A stretch of 64,000 bases of DNA from Verrucomicrobiia bacterium (GTDB lineage: Bacteria > Verrucomicrobiota > Verrucomicrobiia > Chthoniobacterales > UBA6821): contig JBEIJN010000014.1 of assembly GCA_040380225.1 (NCBI GenBank), positions 1,995 to 65,994 on the forward strand. The letters run 5' to 3'. The position numbers and the translations under genes were made by a program. This document shows positions 1 through 8,350 of this stretch, piece by piece; the stretch's first letter is position 1; every line of letters begins with the position of its first letter. The notes beneath the pieces are model-generated. The model made no database searches. It had not been told where the DNA came from and saw only the letters and a program-made list of their open reading frames with translations.

Positions 1-1826
1 GTTCCGTTGGCGGCGATCCTTCTTATTGAGTTATTGAAGGTGTCGGCGATTAACAGGACTCCGTTGGTGCCGACCGTGATGCCGTAAGGCCAGTTGAACA
101 GGGCATTGGTCCCCTGCCCATCATTGGCTCCGGTCACTCCGTATTGGCCGGCAATGGTTGTCACGGTTCCATTGGAAGCAATCTTGCGAATGAGTTGATT
201 GCCTGTATCGGCAATATACAGATTTCCGCTGGAATCGGTTGCCAATCCTTGGATCCATCCGAAGGTCGCCCCGTTGGTTCGCGAACCGTTTTGGCTACCC
301 CAGACCGTTCGTTGTCCGGCATAGGTGGTGACATTTCCCGCCAGGTCGATTTTCCGAATCACCGGAGAGTCGGCCACATAAAGATTACCTGCGGAATCGA
401 GTGCAAGTCCTGCGGGTGACTGGAAGAGAGCGTTGGTGCCTGATGCGTTGCTTGTTCCCCAGATCCAAGGCCTGCCGGCGATCGTGGTTACCACCCCATT
501 GGTGGCAAGCCTGCGAATGATGTAGCTTGAGTTATCGGAGACATAGATCGTGCCGTTCGCCGTCACGGCGACCCCGCTTGGTGCTGCAAACTGGGCTCCA
601 AACCCGTTCCCATCCTTGGATCCGGAAATGCCTGCCTGGCCAGCCAGAGTCGTGACATTCCACGGGGTGTAGGTATTGAGCCTGTTGTAGTCCAGAACCA
701 GGGAACTCAGATTGCTGTGGGTTTGACCCGGGAAGATTCCAGATAATGAGGGATCGAGAAGCGTTCCCGGGGTGTAGAAATTCCCATAAAAGCTGTTTGT
801 TGAAAGCCATCCTCTCGGTGATGTCGTTGTCTGGAAGAACTGCCCGAGGTTGATGGTCTTGCCATCCAAAAGAGTCGAGGAATTAGTATCGGCGGGAAAG
901 ACTGCGGGGTTGCTAAGAGATGCGGCGAGTGCAGTAAAGCGATTTCGAGTCACCTCCTCGGCAGCAAGTGCCTCCGTGCTGGATGTGTCGAATGAAAAGA
1001 TATTCCTGTATGCCGACTGCTCGACGCGCTGGTTGCGGATATAACTGGATGCCGTCTGATAAGAGGAATTTGCCTTTGAGAATGCCTCCTTTGCCAAGGC
1101 GCGTTGAGCGACATTCGGATTCGAGCTGAACAGTGCGGGATAGGCATTCAAGATGTCCTGAATCGTGCTTGCCCCTTGGATCAGCTTCACAAAGTCGGGA
1201 AGGGCTGCACCTAGATTGTAGCTGTCGAGCGCATGAATCGCGGACTTGATCAGATAGAGGATGCTCAGGACGCCTTTCACATCACCATAATCAACCGCTT
1301 CGGGTTCGGTGCTGGTCTGATCTGCTGTGAGCGTGAAGCTGACATTGGTTGAAACCATTTCCAACCTGCCAATGGCCTGATCAATGGCTGGCCTCAGCGT
1401 ATTCGTGGCGTAATAAAGAATCTGCTCCGTGCGTGAGTTCGTCGCCACCGTTGGATTGCCATCCATGTCGAGGGGCAGTTGATAATCGTACCCGTAGATA
1501 CTCCCATTGGGTTGCATAACGCCGACCTGAGTCAGGAGCGTGATGAACTGGGGATTCTGCTGCAGGATGAAAAGTTCCGTTCCGGTCTTCAGGACCAATG
1601 CCTGCGAATTGGTGGGGTTTTTTTGAAGCGCTATTGCAAAATTTGTATCAGCAGAGATCAGTCCATTCGTACTCTGCAGCGTCAGATTCTGTAATCCTGC
1701 CTGAACCGACTGGGTGGAAGCAGCCTGATCAGTCGGCGATACAGCTCGAACAGAGGCCGTGATGGCGAGCATCGCGCAAAACGGCAGCGCGATCTTAGCC
1801 CGCGAAAGAATCTTGAGGGGAGTCAT
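1..1826 (-). CDS. Secreted NHL-repeat (beta-propeller) protein; C-terminus runs off the left window edge
   Basis: Absent from the ORF track because there is no stop in the window. Hand translation from ATG (1826..1824) stays open to base 1. It starts MTPLKILSRAKIALPFCAMLAITASVRA (signal peptide) and has a ~400-aa N-terminal region. At least 4 NHL-type repeats follow: PSGVAVTANGTIYVSDNSSYIIRRL, PAGLALDSAGNLYVADSPVIRKI, GLATDSSGNLYIADTGNQLIRKI, PYGITVGTNGVLLIADTFNNSIRRI. Confidence 0.75.
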   Translation of the reverse strand, partial: MTPLKILSRAKIALPFCAMLAITASVRAVSPTDQAASTQSVQAGLQNLTLQSTNGLISADTNFAIALQKNPTNSQALVLKTGTELFILQQNPQFITLLTQVGVMQPNGSIYGYDYQLPLDMDGNPTVATNSRTEQILYYATNTLRPAIDQAIGRLEMVSTNVSFTLTADQTSTEPEAVDYGDVKGVLSILYLIKSAIHALDSYNLGAALPDFVKLIQGASTIQDILNAYPALFSSNPNVAQRALAKEAFSKANSSYQTASSYIRNQRVEQSAYRNIFSFDTSSTEALAAEEVTRNRFTALAASLSNPAVFPADTNSSTLLDGKTINLGQFFQTTTSPRGWLSTNSFYGNFYTPGTLLDPSLSGIFPGQTHSNLSSLVLDYNRLNTYTPWNVTTLAGQAGISGSKDGNGFGAQFAAPSGVAVTANGTIYVSDNSSYIIRRLATNGVVTTIAGRPWIWGTSNASGTNALFQSPAGLALDSAGNLYVADSPVIRKIDLAGNVTTYAGQRTVWGSQNGSRTNGATFGWIQGLATDSSGNLYIADTGNQLIRKIASNGTVTTIAGQYGVTGANDGQGTNALFNWPYGITVGTNGVLLIADTFNNSIRRIAANG

Positions 1827-1830
1827 GAGT

Positions 1831-1859
1831 AAAGAATTCGTTTTACGAGCGAATTCTTT
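1831..1859 (-). terminator. 10-bp perfect hairpin between ORF 1887..2495 and the NHL gene start (terminator or translational hairpin)
   Basis: AAAGAATTCG (1831-1840) pairs with CGAATTCTTT (1850-1859) around a 9-nt loop. On the minus strand the stem ends 4 nt before the NHL ATG and runs into TTT. Confidence 0.3.
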
Positions 1860-1886
1860 TCTATGTCTATACGACTGTCAATCGTC

Positions 1887-2495
1887 TTATCGCATGTTGC
1901 CTTCTTTTAATGGACAAAGGAGCGATAGCGTATGACGACCCGAGGATCCTTTCCAACTCAAGGTTCCCTTGTCACCCCCCCGTAGGTGTAAACGAGCTTC
2001 AGAAATTTCCTGAATCCCGCTTCCCATATCGAGGTGGAGCCTCCGCAGCACCATCACCCCTTGCCCTTGGCAGAATGATGCCTGAGCGGCGCTGATTTGC
2101 AGTGAAGTGTCCCAGTCACAAACGAGATTCACCCTCTCCATGCGCCCCTGTTGGAAGAGAGGATTGGAGTTAGAAAAGTCATCCAAAAGTTCACACCAAG
2201 AACTGGAATTATCGGTACTTAATATTTTAATGTTAATACCACGGAAAGTAACTTCTGGAATAACTGAAATAATTAAAAAATCAAATTTCTTTGAACTTAC
2301 ATCTATTTTTTCAATTCGAATAATCAAATCTGGATTAAGATGATCTTTTCTTGCAAGAGGGATCCTCACATCAGAGAAAAACACTCCCCTTTCCAAAGGA
2401 AGGCCAGCAAAGTCCATGGCTCCAACGCATCCAATACTTAGGATGATAAGCATCAACCGAAATACCAAATACTTATATAGTTTATTTAACATCAA
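1887..2495 (-). CDS. Hypothetical membrane-anchored protein; N-terminal half encoded by a strongly AT-rich patch
   Basis: 202-aa ORF with N-terminal hydrophobic anchor LVFRLMLIILSIGCVGA. No recognisable family. Lines 2221-2340 hold only about 13-14 G/C per 60 nt, against GC-rich surroundings. Confidence 0.4.
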   Translation of the reverse strand: MMLNKLYKYLVFRLMLIILSIGCVGAMDFAGLPLERGVFFSDVRIPLARKDHLNPDLIIRIEKIDVSSKKFDFLIISVIPEVTFRGINIKILSTDNSSSWCELLDDFSNSNPLFQQGRMERVNLVCDWDTSLQISAAQASFCQGQGVMVLRRLHLDMGSGIQEISEARLHLRGGDKGTLSWKGSSGRHTLSLLCPLKEGNMR

Positions 2496-2507
2496 AATCC
2501 CTTTAAA

Positions 2508-3800
2508 TCAAAGCTTCAAGAAGCGTTCATTGGCAAACCTGCACCAAGCAGTAATGATCAGTCCCGCCGCCGCGAGGTAGGCGAGACCGCTCCAGGCGAT
2601 CGCCCCGCTCATCCGTTCCATTTGCGCCCCCGTTCCGTAGGTGGCGGCCAGGCCGATCGCCACCGGACCGAGCGCACCGCCACCCCATCCGAGGAGATTC
2701 ATCAGGCCGGCGACCGAGGCCCTCTCCCGCGGACTCACAAAGTCAAAGACCGAGGCGAAGATCCCGCCGTCATACGCTCCCTTGCAGAGGCCGAAGCAGA
2801 CCATCGCACCCATCAGTGCCTCCATGGTCGGGGCACGACCGACCAGCACCACGCAGAAGGATCCCGCCATCAGCGCGACCGCCTGCACCAGCATCCGCGC
2901 TCCCGGGATCGAGAGCGACAAGCGGTCGGCAAGCATCCCCGAGAGCGGGGCGCTCACCGCGCTGGCAAGCTGGATCGCGGCCACGGCCGAGAAACCCGCC
3001 GCCACCAAGCCGAGATGGAATTTTTCGAAAAGGAAGGTTGGGGCCCAGATTAGGAAAATGGATCCCACCGCATTCGCACAGGCAAAGGCCCCCATGAGCA
3101 GCAGCACCGCCGGACGCCCGAGCAATCCCTGGAATGTCGGCAGGATCCCTTGAGGCTTATCGTGCGGTTGCAGCGGGATATCCTCCGATGCCCCGCGGAT
3201 CGGCTCGCGCAGGCGCCACCAGAGGAGCAGGGCGACCACGATGCCAGCACCTCCGAATCCGTAGAAGGCCCACCGCCACCCGTAGCGCTCGGCCAGCAAT
3301 GCTCCGAGCCATCCTCCGGCGATCGTTCCGATGTAGACCGCCGACTGGTGGAACGAGAGGGCCGTCGAGCGGGTGCGGGGACCATGGTAGTCCGAGAGCA
3401 TCGAGGCGGCCGCGGGAAAGTATACCGACTCCCCCAGCCCTATCAGGGCACGCACCGCGACGAACTGCCAGAGACGGCCGCACCAACCGGTCGCACCGGT
3501 CATGAGACTCCAGAAGAGACATCCTCCCAAGATCAGCCCCTTGCGGGAACGGCGGTCGCCCGCATATCCGGCAAAGGGAGCCGAGGCGGCGTAGACCCAC
3601 ATGAAGGCACTGCCGATCAAACCGAGTTGCGCCTTGGTGAACCCGAAATCACGCTCCAGAAGCGGAAAGAGACTACTGATCGCCTGACGGTCGGCGTAGT
3701 TGAGCAGGCAGACCATCCAGAGCATCCCGAGCACGATCCACTTCTCACGAACGGCGACAGTCGGAGCGAAGTTTCTACTGGGATGATTCATGGAGGGCAA
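2508..3800 (-). CDS. MFS transporter
   Basis: 430 aa, multi-TM. MFS signature region LNYADRQAISSLFPLLERDFGFTKAQLGLIGSAFMWVYAASAPFAGYAGDRRSRK (GDRxxRK-type loop). Confidence 0.85.
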   Translation of the reverse strand: MPSMNHPSRNFAPTVAVREKWIVLGMLWMVCLLNYADRQAISSLFPLLERDFGFTKAQLGLIGSAFMWVYAASAPFAGYAGDRRSRKGLILGGCLFWSLMTGATGWCGRLWQFVAVRALIGLGESVYFPAAASMLSDYHGPRTRSTALSFHQSAVYIGTIAGGWLGALLAERYGWRWAFYGFGGAGIVVALLLWWRLREPIRGASEDIPLQPHDKPQGILPTFQGLLGRPAVLLLMGAFACANAVGSIFLIWAPTFLFEKFHLGLVAAGFSAVAAIQLASAVSAPLSGMLADRLSLSIPGARMLVQAVALMAGSFCVVLVGRAPTMEALMGAMVCFGLCKGAYDGGIFASVFDFVSPRERASVAGLMNLLGWGGGALGPVAIGLAATYGTGAQMERMSGAIAWSGLAYLAAAGLIITAWCRFANERFLKL

Positions 3801-3893
3801 AGTATCCCGGTTGCTTCATCGGTCGGAGCAATCGGAAAAACACCCCTTCTCTTCACAGGAGCGGAGTTGCCGTTATCGGATCCGTCGTTGCTC

Positions 3894-4484
3894 CTACTTT
3901 GATTCGGCCACGGAGCGGTTGAGGGCGGCGATCACGGCGTCCGCTCCACCCTGCTTGAATTGGGAGTCGAACTGGGTCCTGTAATTGGCAACCATGCTGA
4001 CCCCCTCGATCACCACGTCGGTGATCCGCCAAGGGGCGCCGTCGGTTTCCTCGAGACGGTAGATCACGTCGTAACGGCTCCCCTTGTAGAGCGACGTGGT
4101 GGGGATCTCGACGCGGTTGGGCGCAGGGGAGGAGGCCGTCTTGTATTCCACGCCGGGCAACTCGCCAGGCGTGAACTTCGCGGTGTAGGTGCGGAGGATG
4201 AGGGTCGTGAAGAGGCGGATCGCCTCCTTCTGCTGCTCGGGCGTGAACTGCCTCCATCCGGGACCGATGGCTCGGCGGGTCATCGCATCGAAGCTGAGGA
4301 TATTCTCAAGGACCGGCTTCACTCCCGCGATCAGGGCCTTGCGGTCGGGGGCGCTCTTCGCGACGGCGACCACCTTGTCGACGGAGGCTTTCAGGCGCTT
4401 CTCGGCCTCCTCGGTGGAGGCGAGGAGGGTTCCTTGGATCAGCAGGAACGGCAGAATCAGGAGTAGCAGGGATCGTGGGTTCAT
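3894..4484 (-). CDS. mlaC: Phospholipid-binding periplasmic protein MlaC (Ttg2D/toluene-tolerance family)
   Basis: 196 aa with a signal peptide. MlaC-like core FDAMTRRAIGPGWRQFTPEQQKEAIRLFTTLILRTYTAKF. Its start overlaps the mlaD stop by 4 nt. Confidence 0.8.
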   Translation of the reverse strand: MNPRSLLLLILPFLLIQGTLLASTEEAEKRLKASVDKVVAVAKSAPDRKALIAGVKPVLENILSFDAMTRRAIGPGWRQFTPEQQKEAIRLFTTLILRTYTAKFTPGELPGVEYKTASSPAPNRVEIPTTSLYKGSRYDVIYRLEETDGAPWRITDVVIEGVSMVANYRTQFDSQFKQGGADAVIAALNRSVAESK

Positions 4485-4999
4485 GGGTTGGTTTTTTTGA
4501 CTTTCTCCTTGGTCTCTTTGGAATCTTTTTCCTTGGTCTCTTTATCGTTTTTGGAGACCGATCCGAAAGCCATTTTTCCGATCAATGACTCCATATCCAC
4601 CGCCGATTCCGTCATGGTGATCCTTTCGCCGGGTTTGAGATACTCCTCCTCGGCACCCGGGGAAAGGGCGACGTATTTGTCGCCGATCAGGCCGGAGGTT
4701 TTGACGGAAGCCATGGAATCGGCGGGAAGCCTCAATCCGGAGAGCAGGCGCAGCGTCACGATGGCGCTGTAATCGGAGGGTTCCATCCTCACTCCTTCCA
4801 CCCGTCCGACGGTGACTCCGGACATCAGCACGCTGCTGCCCGCGTGGATGCCGCCCGCATTCGCAAAGCGGGTCTCGATCAGGTAGGTGTCGCCGCCGAC
4901 CATCGATCCTGTCCCCAGCTTGATCGTCATGTAGGCGATCGCTGCGATCCCCAGGATCACGAAGATCCCGACGGAAAGTTCAAGTTTGGTGTTTTTCAT
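4481..4999 (-). CDS. mlaD: MCE-domain protein MlaD
   Basis: 172 aa. N-terminal TM ELSVGIFVILGIAAIAYM, then MCE core GGIHAGSSVLMSGVTVGRV...SGLIGDKYVALSPG. Confidence 0.85.
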   Translation of the reverse strand: MKNTKLELSVGIFVILGIAAIAYMTIKLGTGSMVGGDTYLIETRFANAGGIHAGSSVLMSGVTVGRVEGVRMEPSDYSAIVTLRLLSGLRLPADSMASVKTSGLIGDKYVALSPGAEEEYLKPGERITMTESAVDMESLIGKMAFGSVSKNDKETKEKDSKETKEKVKKTNP

Positions 5000-5005
5000 A
5001 AATCG

Positions 5006-5800
5006 TCAGAGGGCGGCTGTGTCGCGACGGATCTCGGCAAGCGACCAGGCGAGGGCATCCGCGCTGTCACGGAATGCCGAGACAACCGGGTGGGTGGAGG
5101 CGCTGAACTCCGAGGGGGCTCCCTCGAAGCAGATCCGCCCGTGATCAAGCAGGGCCACCCGGTCGCTGGCGACCAGAGCCTCGGGCACGTCGTGGGTGAC
5201 CACCAGCGCGGTGAAGCTGAATCGTCGCTGGTATTTGGCAATCATGGCGAAGACCGCGTTCCGGCGGAGCGGATCAAGCCCGGCCGTCGGTTCATCGAAG
5301 AGCACAAGCTCGGGGCGGGTCACGATCGCACGGGCAAGGGCAAGACGCTTCTGCATCCCTCCCGACAAACGGCCCGGGTACTGGTTGCGGTGCTCGTCCA
5401 TTTCCAGTTGATGCAATGCTTCACGACTCCGTTCCCGGATCTCCTTCTCCCCCAGATCCGTGGTCTGCTCGAGCGGAAGGGCCACATTCTCCAGAGCAGT
5501 CAGCGAATCAAAGAGGGCGTTGCTCTGGAACAGGAAGCTGCAGCGCTTCCGGAAGCTGGCACGGGCGGCGGGATCGGCACCCAGGAGACAGCCGTCGAAA
5601 CTGATCCGTCCCGCATCGGGAGGGAGGACATTGGCAAGGCACTTGAGAAAGACGGACTTCCCCGTTCCGCTGGGTCCCAGCAGAGTGAAGACACTTCCCC
5701 GGGGCACCGCAAGGTCGATGCCGTCGAGAACGACGCGGCCGCCGAAGCTCTTCCTCAGCCCATTCACCTCAAGCACATATCCCGGATCGGCGACACCCAT
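5006..5800 (-). CDS. mlaF: ABC transporter ATP-binding protein MlaF
   Basis: Walker A GPSGTGKS, signature LSGGMQKRLALARA, Walker B LVLFDEPTAGLD. Start trimmed to ATG 5800 (MGVADPGYVLEV), 2 nt after the mlaE stop. The longer track ORF (to 5992) overlaps mlaE. Confidence 0.85.
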   Translation of the reverse strand: MGVADPGYVLEVNGLRKSFGGRVVLDGIDLAVPRGSVFTLLGPSGTGKSVFLKCLANVLPPDAGRISFDGCLLGADPAARASFRKRCSFLFQSNALFDSLTALENVALPLEQTTDLGEKEIRERSREALHQLEMDEHRNQYPGRLSGGMQKRLALARAIVTRPELVLFDEPTAGLDPLRRNAVFAMIAKYQRRFSFTALVVTHDVPEALVASDRVALLDHGRICFEGAPSEFSASTHPVVSAFRDSADALAWSLAEIRRDTAAL

Positions 5801-5802
5801 GA

Positions 5803-6588
5803 TCAGACGAAGAAGGAGCTGATGACGTAATCGGCCACCAGAATGATGATGCTGGAATAAACCACCGCCCGGGTCGTGGCGGCGCTGACGGCCCTGGCTC
5901 CGCTTGCCGAGCGGTTCCGGTCGGCATGGAAGCCCTGATAGGCGCAGATGGCAACGGAGAGCAGGCCGAACGATGCCGCCTTCACGAAGCATTCCCTGAG
6001 GTCACGCGACTCCACTGCCCGCTCCACGGAGGACCAGTAGACCCCCGAATCGACTCCGAGCAGAAGCGACCCGGAGAGGGCGCCGCCCCATAGTCCGACA
6101 ACCACGAAGAGAGCCGCCTGAATCGGGAATGCCAGCACCGAAGCGATCAGGCGTGGTGCCACCAGGTATCCGTGACTGCTCACACCCATCGTCTCCAGCG
6201 CCACGATCTGCTCCGTGTTACGCTGCATCCCGAGCTCCGCGGCGAGAGCCGATCCGGCCTGACCGACCAGCATCAGGGCGGCCAGGACAGGCGCCATCTC
6301 GCGCACCAGACTCAGGGAGACCAGCGCCCCCAGCAGTCCCTCCGAACCGAAGCGGTTCAGGACATGATATCCCTGCAGTCCGAGGACGAGCCCCGTGAAG
6401 ATCCCGACGATCAGGATGACGGGGAGGCAGACGGTTCCCTGCTCATGGAGTGCCCGAATGATCCGGCGGCCGATCCTTCTGGCATGCAGCAAGGAACGGA
6501 AAGACCTTCCGGTGAACAGGGCGAAATCGCCGAATCCGGAAACAACCTGCAGAGTCTCTCGTCCGATCAGAGGCAACATTCCGACCAT
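5803..6588 (-). CDS. mlaE: ABC transporter permease MlaE
   Basis: 261 aa, multi-TM. MlaE-like LVREMAPVLAALMLVGQAGSALAAELGMQRNTEQIVALETMGV. Confidence 0.85.
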   Translation of the reverse strand: MVGMLPLIGRETLQVVSGFGDFALFTGRSFRSLLHARRIGRRIIRALHEQGTVCLPVILIVGIFTGLVLGLQGYHVLNRFGSEGLLGALVSLSLVREMAPVLAALMLVGQAGSALAAELGMQRNTEQIVALETMGVSSHGYLVAPRLIASVLAFPIQAALFVVVGLWGGALSGSLLLGVDSGVYWSSVERAVESRDLRECFVKAASFGLLSVAICAYQGFHADRNRSASGARAVSAATTRAVVYSSIIILVADYVISSFFV

Positions 6589-6788
6589 TCATGCATGAAA
6601 CGTCGTATTAAACAATACAATGCCATGTCCTCCCGATAGCTGGGGAAGTGTCGCTATATCCTAGGTTCAGGTCTCAGGTTTGCTTACCCGGCCGTTGCTT
6701 TGCAGCCGTTACGGCAGGTTTGATGGCACTTTGCTCCCGCAAAGCGGTGCCGCACTTTGCTACAGGGCTGCCTTCGGCAGTCTTCCGC

Positions 6789-6873
6789 GCCTGTTCCCAG
6801 GCTTGGTTCATCCTTCAGGTTTCAAGTTTCAGCTTTCAGGTTTCCCCTTCCCATTTTTCAGCCTTCAGCCTTT
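6789..6873 (+). repeat. 3'-UTR repeat module after bioA: covarying hairpin, then TTGGTTCA, then a GTTTCAG-type heptamer array
   Basis: GCCTG-TTCC-CAGGC (6789-6802), TTGGTTCA (6803-6810), then CCTTCAGGTTTCAAGTTTCAGCTTTCAGGTTTCC...TTTTTCAGCCTTCAGCC up to the bioA stop at 6875. Confidence 0.7.
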
Positions 6874-6874
6874 T

Positions 6875-8203
6875 TCACAATCCCTTCTGCCTTCCGAGGA
6901 ATTCCCCGATGACCCCGAAAGCGGTGTCGATCTGCTCGTCGGTGATGCAGTAAGGGGGGATGAAGTAGATGACGTTTCCGATCGTCCTCATCAGCAGTCC
7001 ATTCTCTTGGGCATAGGCCGCCAACTCGCGCCCCGCAGCCGCTGAATAGGCACTCTCCACCCCGGCCAGATCAAAGGCGGCGATCCCTCCCAGAATGCGG
7101 AGATGCTCGATCCGGGGGTTTCCAGCCAGAAGCCCCAGATGGCGCGCCATCCGGCGGTTGATCCGATCCACCTGACCCAGGGAATCAGTCTGCTCGTGGA
7201 GATCGAGACTGCAGAGAGCGGCCGCGCAGGCGACGGGATTGGCCGTGTAACTGTGGCCGTGCGCGAGGGCGGTCGAGAAGTCATTCCCTAGAAAGGAGTC
7301 GAAGAGGTTCTCCGCAACGATCGTCACCGCGAGCGGAAGAATGCCGCCGGTGATCCCCTTGGAGAGGCAGATCATGTCGGGAATGATGCCGGTCTGCTGG
7401 TAGGCAAAGAAGCTTCCTGTCCTTCCGAATCCGGTCATGACCTCGTCGAAGATCACGGGGATGCCCCGGTCACGGAAGAGAGCGCAGAGCTTTTCAAGGA
7501 ACTGGGGCGAGTGAAACCTCATCCCGCCGGCGCCTTGGACAAGGGGTTCGACGATGAGAGCCGCCATGGAGTCGGCATCTCCCTCAAGAAGACGCGCGAC
7601 CTCCTCCAGCGCCGCCTTCTCCCCTTCCTCGTTGGCGAATCCGTTCCAGATCAGCGGGACTGGCAGGGAGACGGTCTCGAACATCATCCCGTGAAAGGCA
7701 TCGAAGAACCCGGAACTGCGACCGACACTCATCGCCCCGACCGTGTCACCGTGGTAGCTGCCGAGGAGCGTCGCGAAGAGCCGGCGCGGCTCACCTCGAT
7801 TCACCCAATGCTGGTGGGCGATCTTCAATGCCGCCTCCACGGCCGTGGAGCCGTTGTCCGAGTAGAAGACCTTCGCACTCCCAGCGAGTCCCGCCTTCTC
7901 CAGCAGACGCTCCGCCAGACGGACGGCAGGCTCGTGGGTGGCCCCGGCGAACTGCACATGGTCGAGACGCTGGATCTGTTCCGCGACAGCTTGGGCCAAC
8001 TCCCGACGGCCGTGGCCATGGAGGTTCACCCACCAGGAAGAGATCATGTCCAGGTATTCCCGTCCCTGCGTGTCACGGAGCATGGCACCCCTGGCCTCCG
8101 CCACGGGAAGAAGGGGCCGCCCCAGACCATGCTGGGTGAAGGGATGCCAGATCACGGCGCCATCGCGGGCCAGCAGGGTGTCCAAGGAATCCGATGAGTC
8201 CAC
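6875..8203 (-). CDS. bioA: Adenosylmethionine-8-amino-7-oxononanoate aminotransferase
   Basis: 442 aa class-III aminotransferase: WHPFTQH, SDNGSTAVEAALKIA, DEVMTGFGRTG, LSKGITGG (PLP lysine). Confidence 0.85.
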   Translation of the reverse strand: MDSSDSLDTLLARDGAVIWHPFTQHGLGRPLLPVAEARGAMLRDTQGREYLDMISSWWVNLHGHGRRELAQAVAEQIQRLDHVQFAGATHEPAVRLAERLLEKAGLAGSAKVFYSDNGSTAVEAALKIAHQHWVNRGEPRRLFATLLGSYHGDTVGAMSVGRSSGFFDAFHGMMFETVSLPVPLIWNGFANEEGEKAALEEVARLLEGDADSMAALIVEPLVQGAGGMRFHSPQFLEKLCALFRDRGIPVIFDEVMTGFGRTGSFFAYQQTGIIPDMICLSKGITGGILPLAVTIVAENLFDSFLGNDFSTALAHGHSYTANPVACAAALCSLDLHEQTDSLGQVDRINRRMARHLGLLAGNPRIEHLRILGGIAAFDLAGVESAYSAAAGRELAAYAQENGLLMRTIGNVIYFIPPYCITDEQIDTAFGVIGEFLGRQKGL

Positions 8204-8350
8204 GGGAGGGATGTTGCATCCCCTGCCCCACTTTCGGAAGCCTTAACCCCCAAACGCCCCCCCGAAAGCTGGCTATCTCCACAGAAACGCATTGCCATTC
8301 TGTTCCGGGCATGAAAGGTAAGAGCAGGTTTTCATCTCGATTCCCACCCA

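Noticed and set aside
5801-5992. N-terminal extension of the mlaF track ORF. Similar 5' extensions exist on ORFs at 9306, 15566, 18410, 18499, 18505, 23741, 33001, 44927, 48023, 55215, 56048, 61668 and 63861
   Set aside because: The extensions overlap the upstream gene or repeat DNA. An internal ATG/GTG gives the family-typical N-terminus, often with a 1-4-nt stop/start overlap. Exact starts remain uncertain.
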